Source: Octopus sinensis (Eukaryota). Taken from it: a stretch of DNA of 64,000 bases. The translations under genes and the position numbers were made by a program. The stretch spans positions 90,427 to 154,426 of the forward strand of contig NW_021835955.1 in assembly GCF_006345805.1 (NCBI RefSeq), read 5' to 3'. Below, piece by piece: positions 63,811-64,000 of this stretch; the first letter of the stretch is position 1; each line of letters begins with the position of its first letter. Below the pieces are notes generated by a model that worked only from the letters and a program-made list of their open reading frames with translations, was not told the origin of the DNA and made no database searches.

Positions 63811-64000
63811 AAACCATGTTGTTGGAAAACAAACTTCTAATCATACAGCCACTTCTGCATCTATAGTTAACTTTCATTAGTAGGAATGATAAAAGGGAAA
63901 ATTTTATTGAATGAAAATAAAAGTTTCAAACTGTTTAAGCTTCCAAACATTGGTATATTTCTTTCTGGAATAATTATGTATAGGGTTTGTCGAATGACAT

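Overview
AT-rich, microsatellite-saturated eukaryotic non-coding DNA. The repeat families and composition suggest an octopus-type cephalopod genome (inferred from recalled repeats, not verified). I found no convincing host protein-coding exon, rRNA, true tRNA or CRISPR array. Nearly all listed ORFs are translations of simple repeats or SINEs. The only substantial coding unit is an apparently full-length CR1-group LINE (~17272-21693). It has a tandem-repeat 5' UTR, a frameshifted ORF1 with an unusual Myb/SANT-like + CCCH zinc-finger layout, an APE-RT ORF2 with one premature stop, and an (AATC)n tail. Its 3' end matches the 3' end of an abundant local SINE family, with compensatory stem changes. 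The rest is nested mobile-element debris: SINE-like and LINE-3'-end families (labelled A-F here), two mariner relics, a pogo-like fossil split by later insertions, RTE and CR1 fragments, MITEs, Helitron-like repeats, long palindromes, and several hammerhead-ribozyme-like cores. All coordinates were read by eye and element boundaries are approximate.
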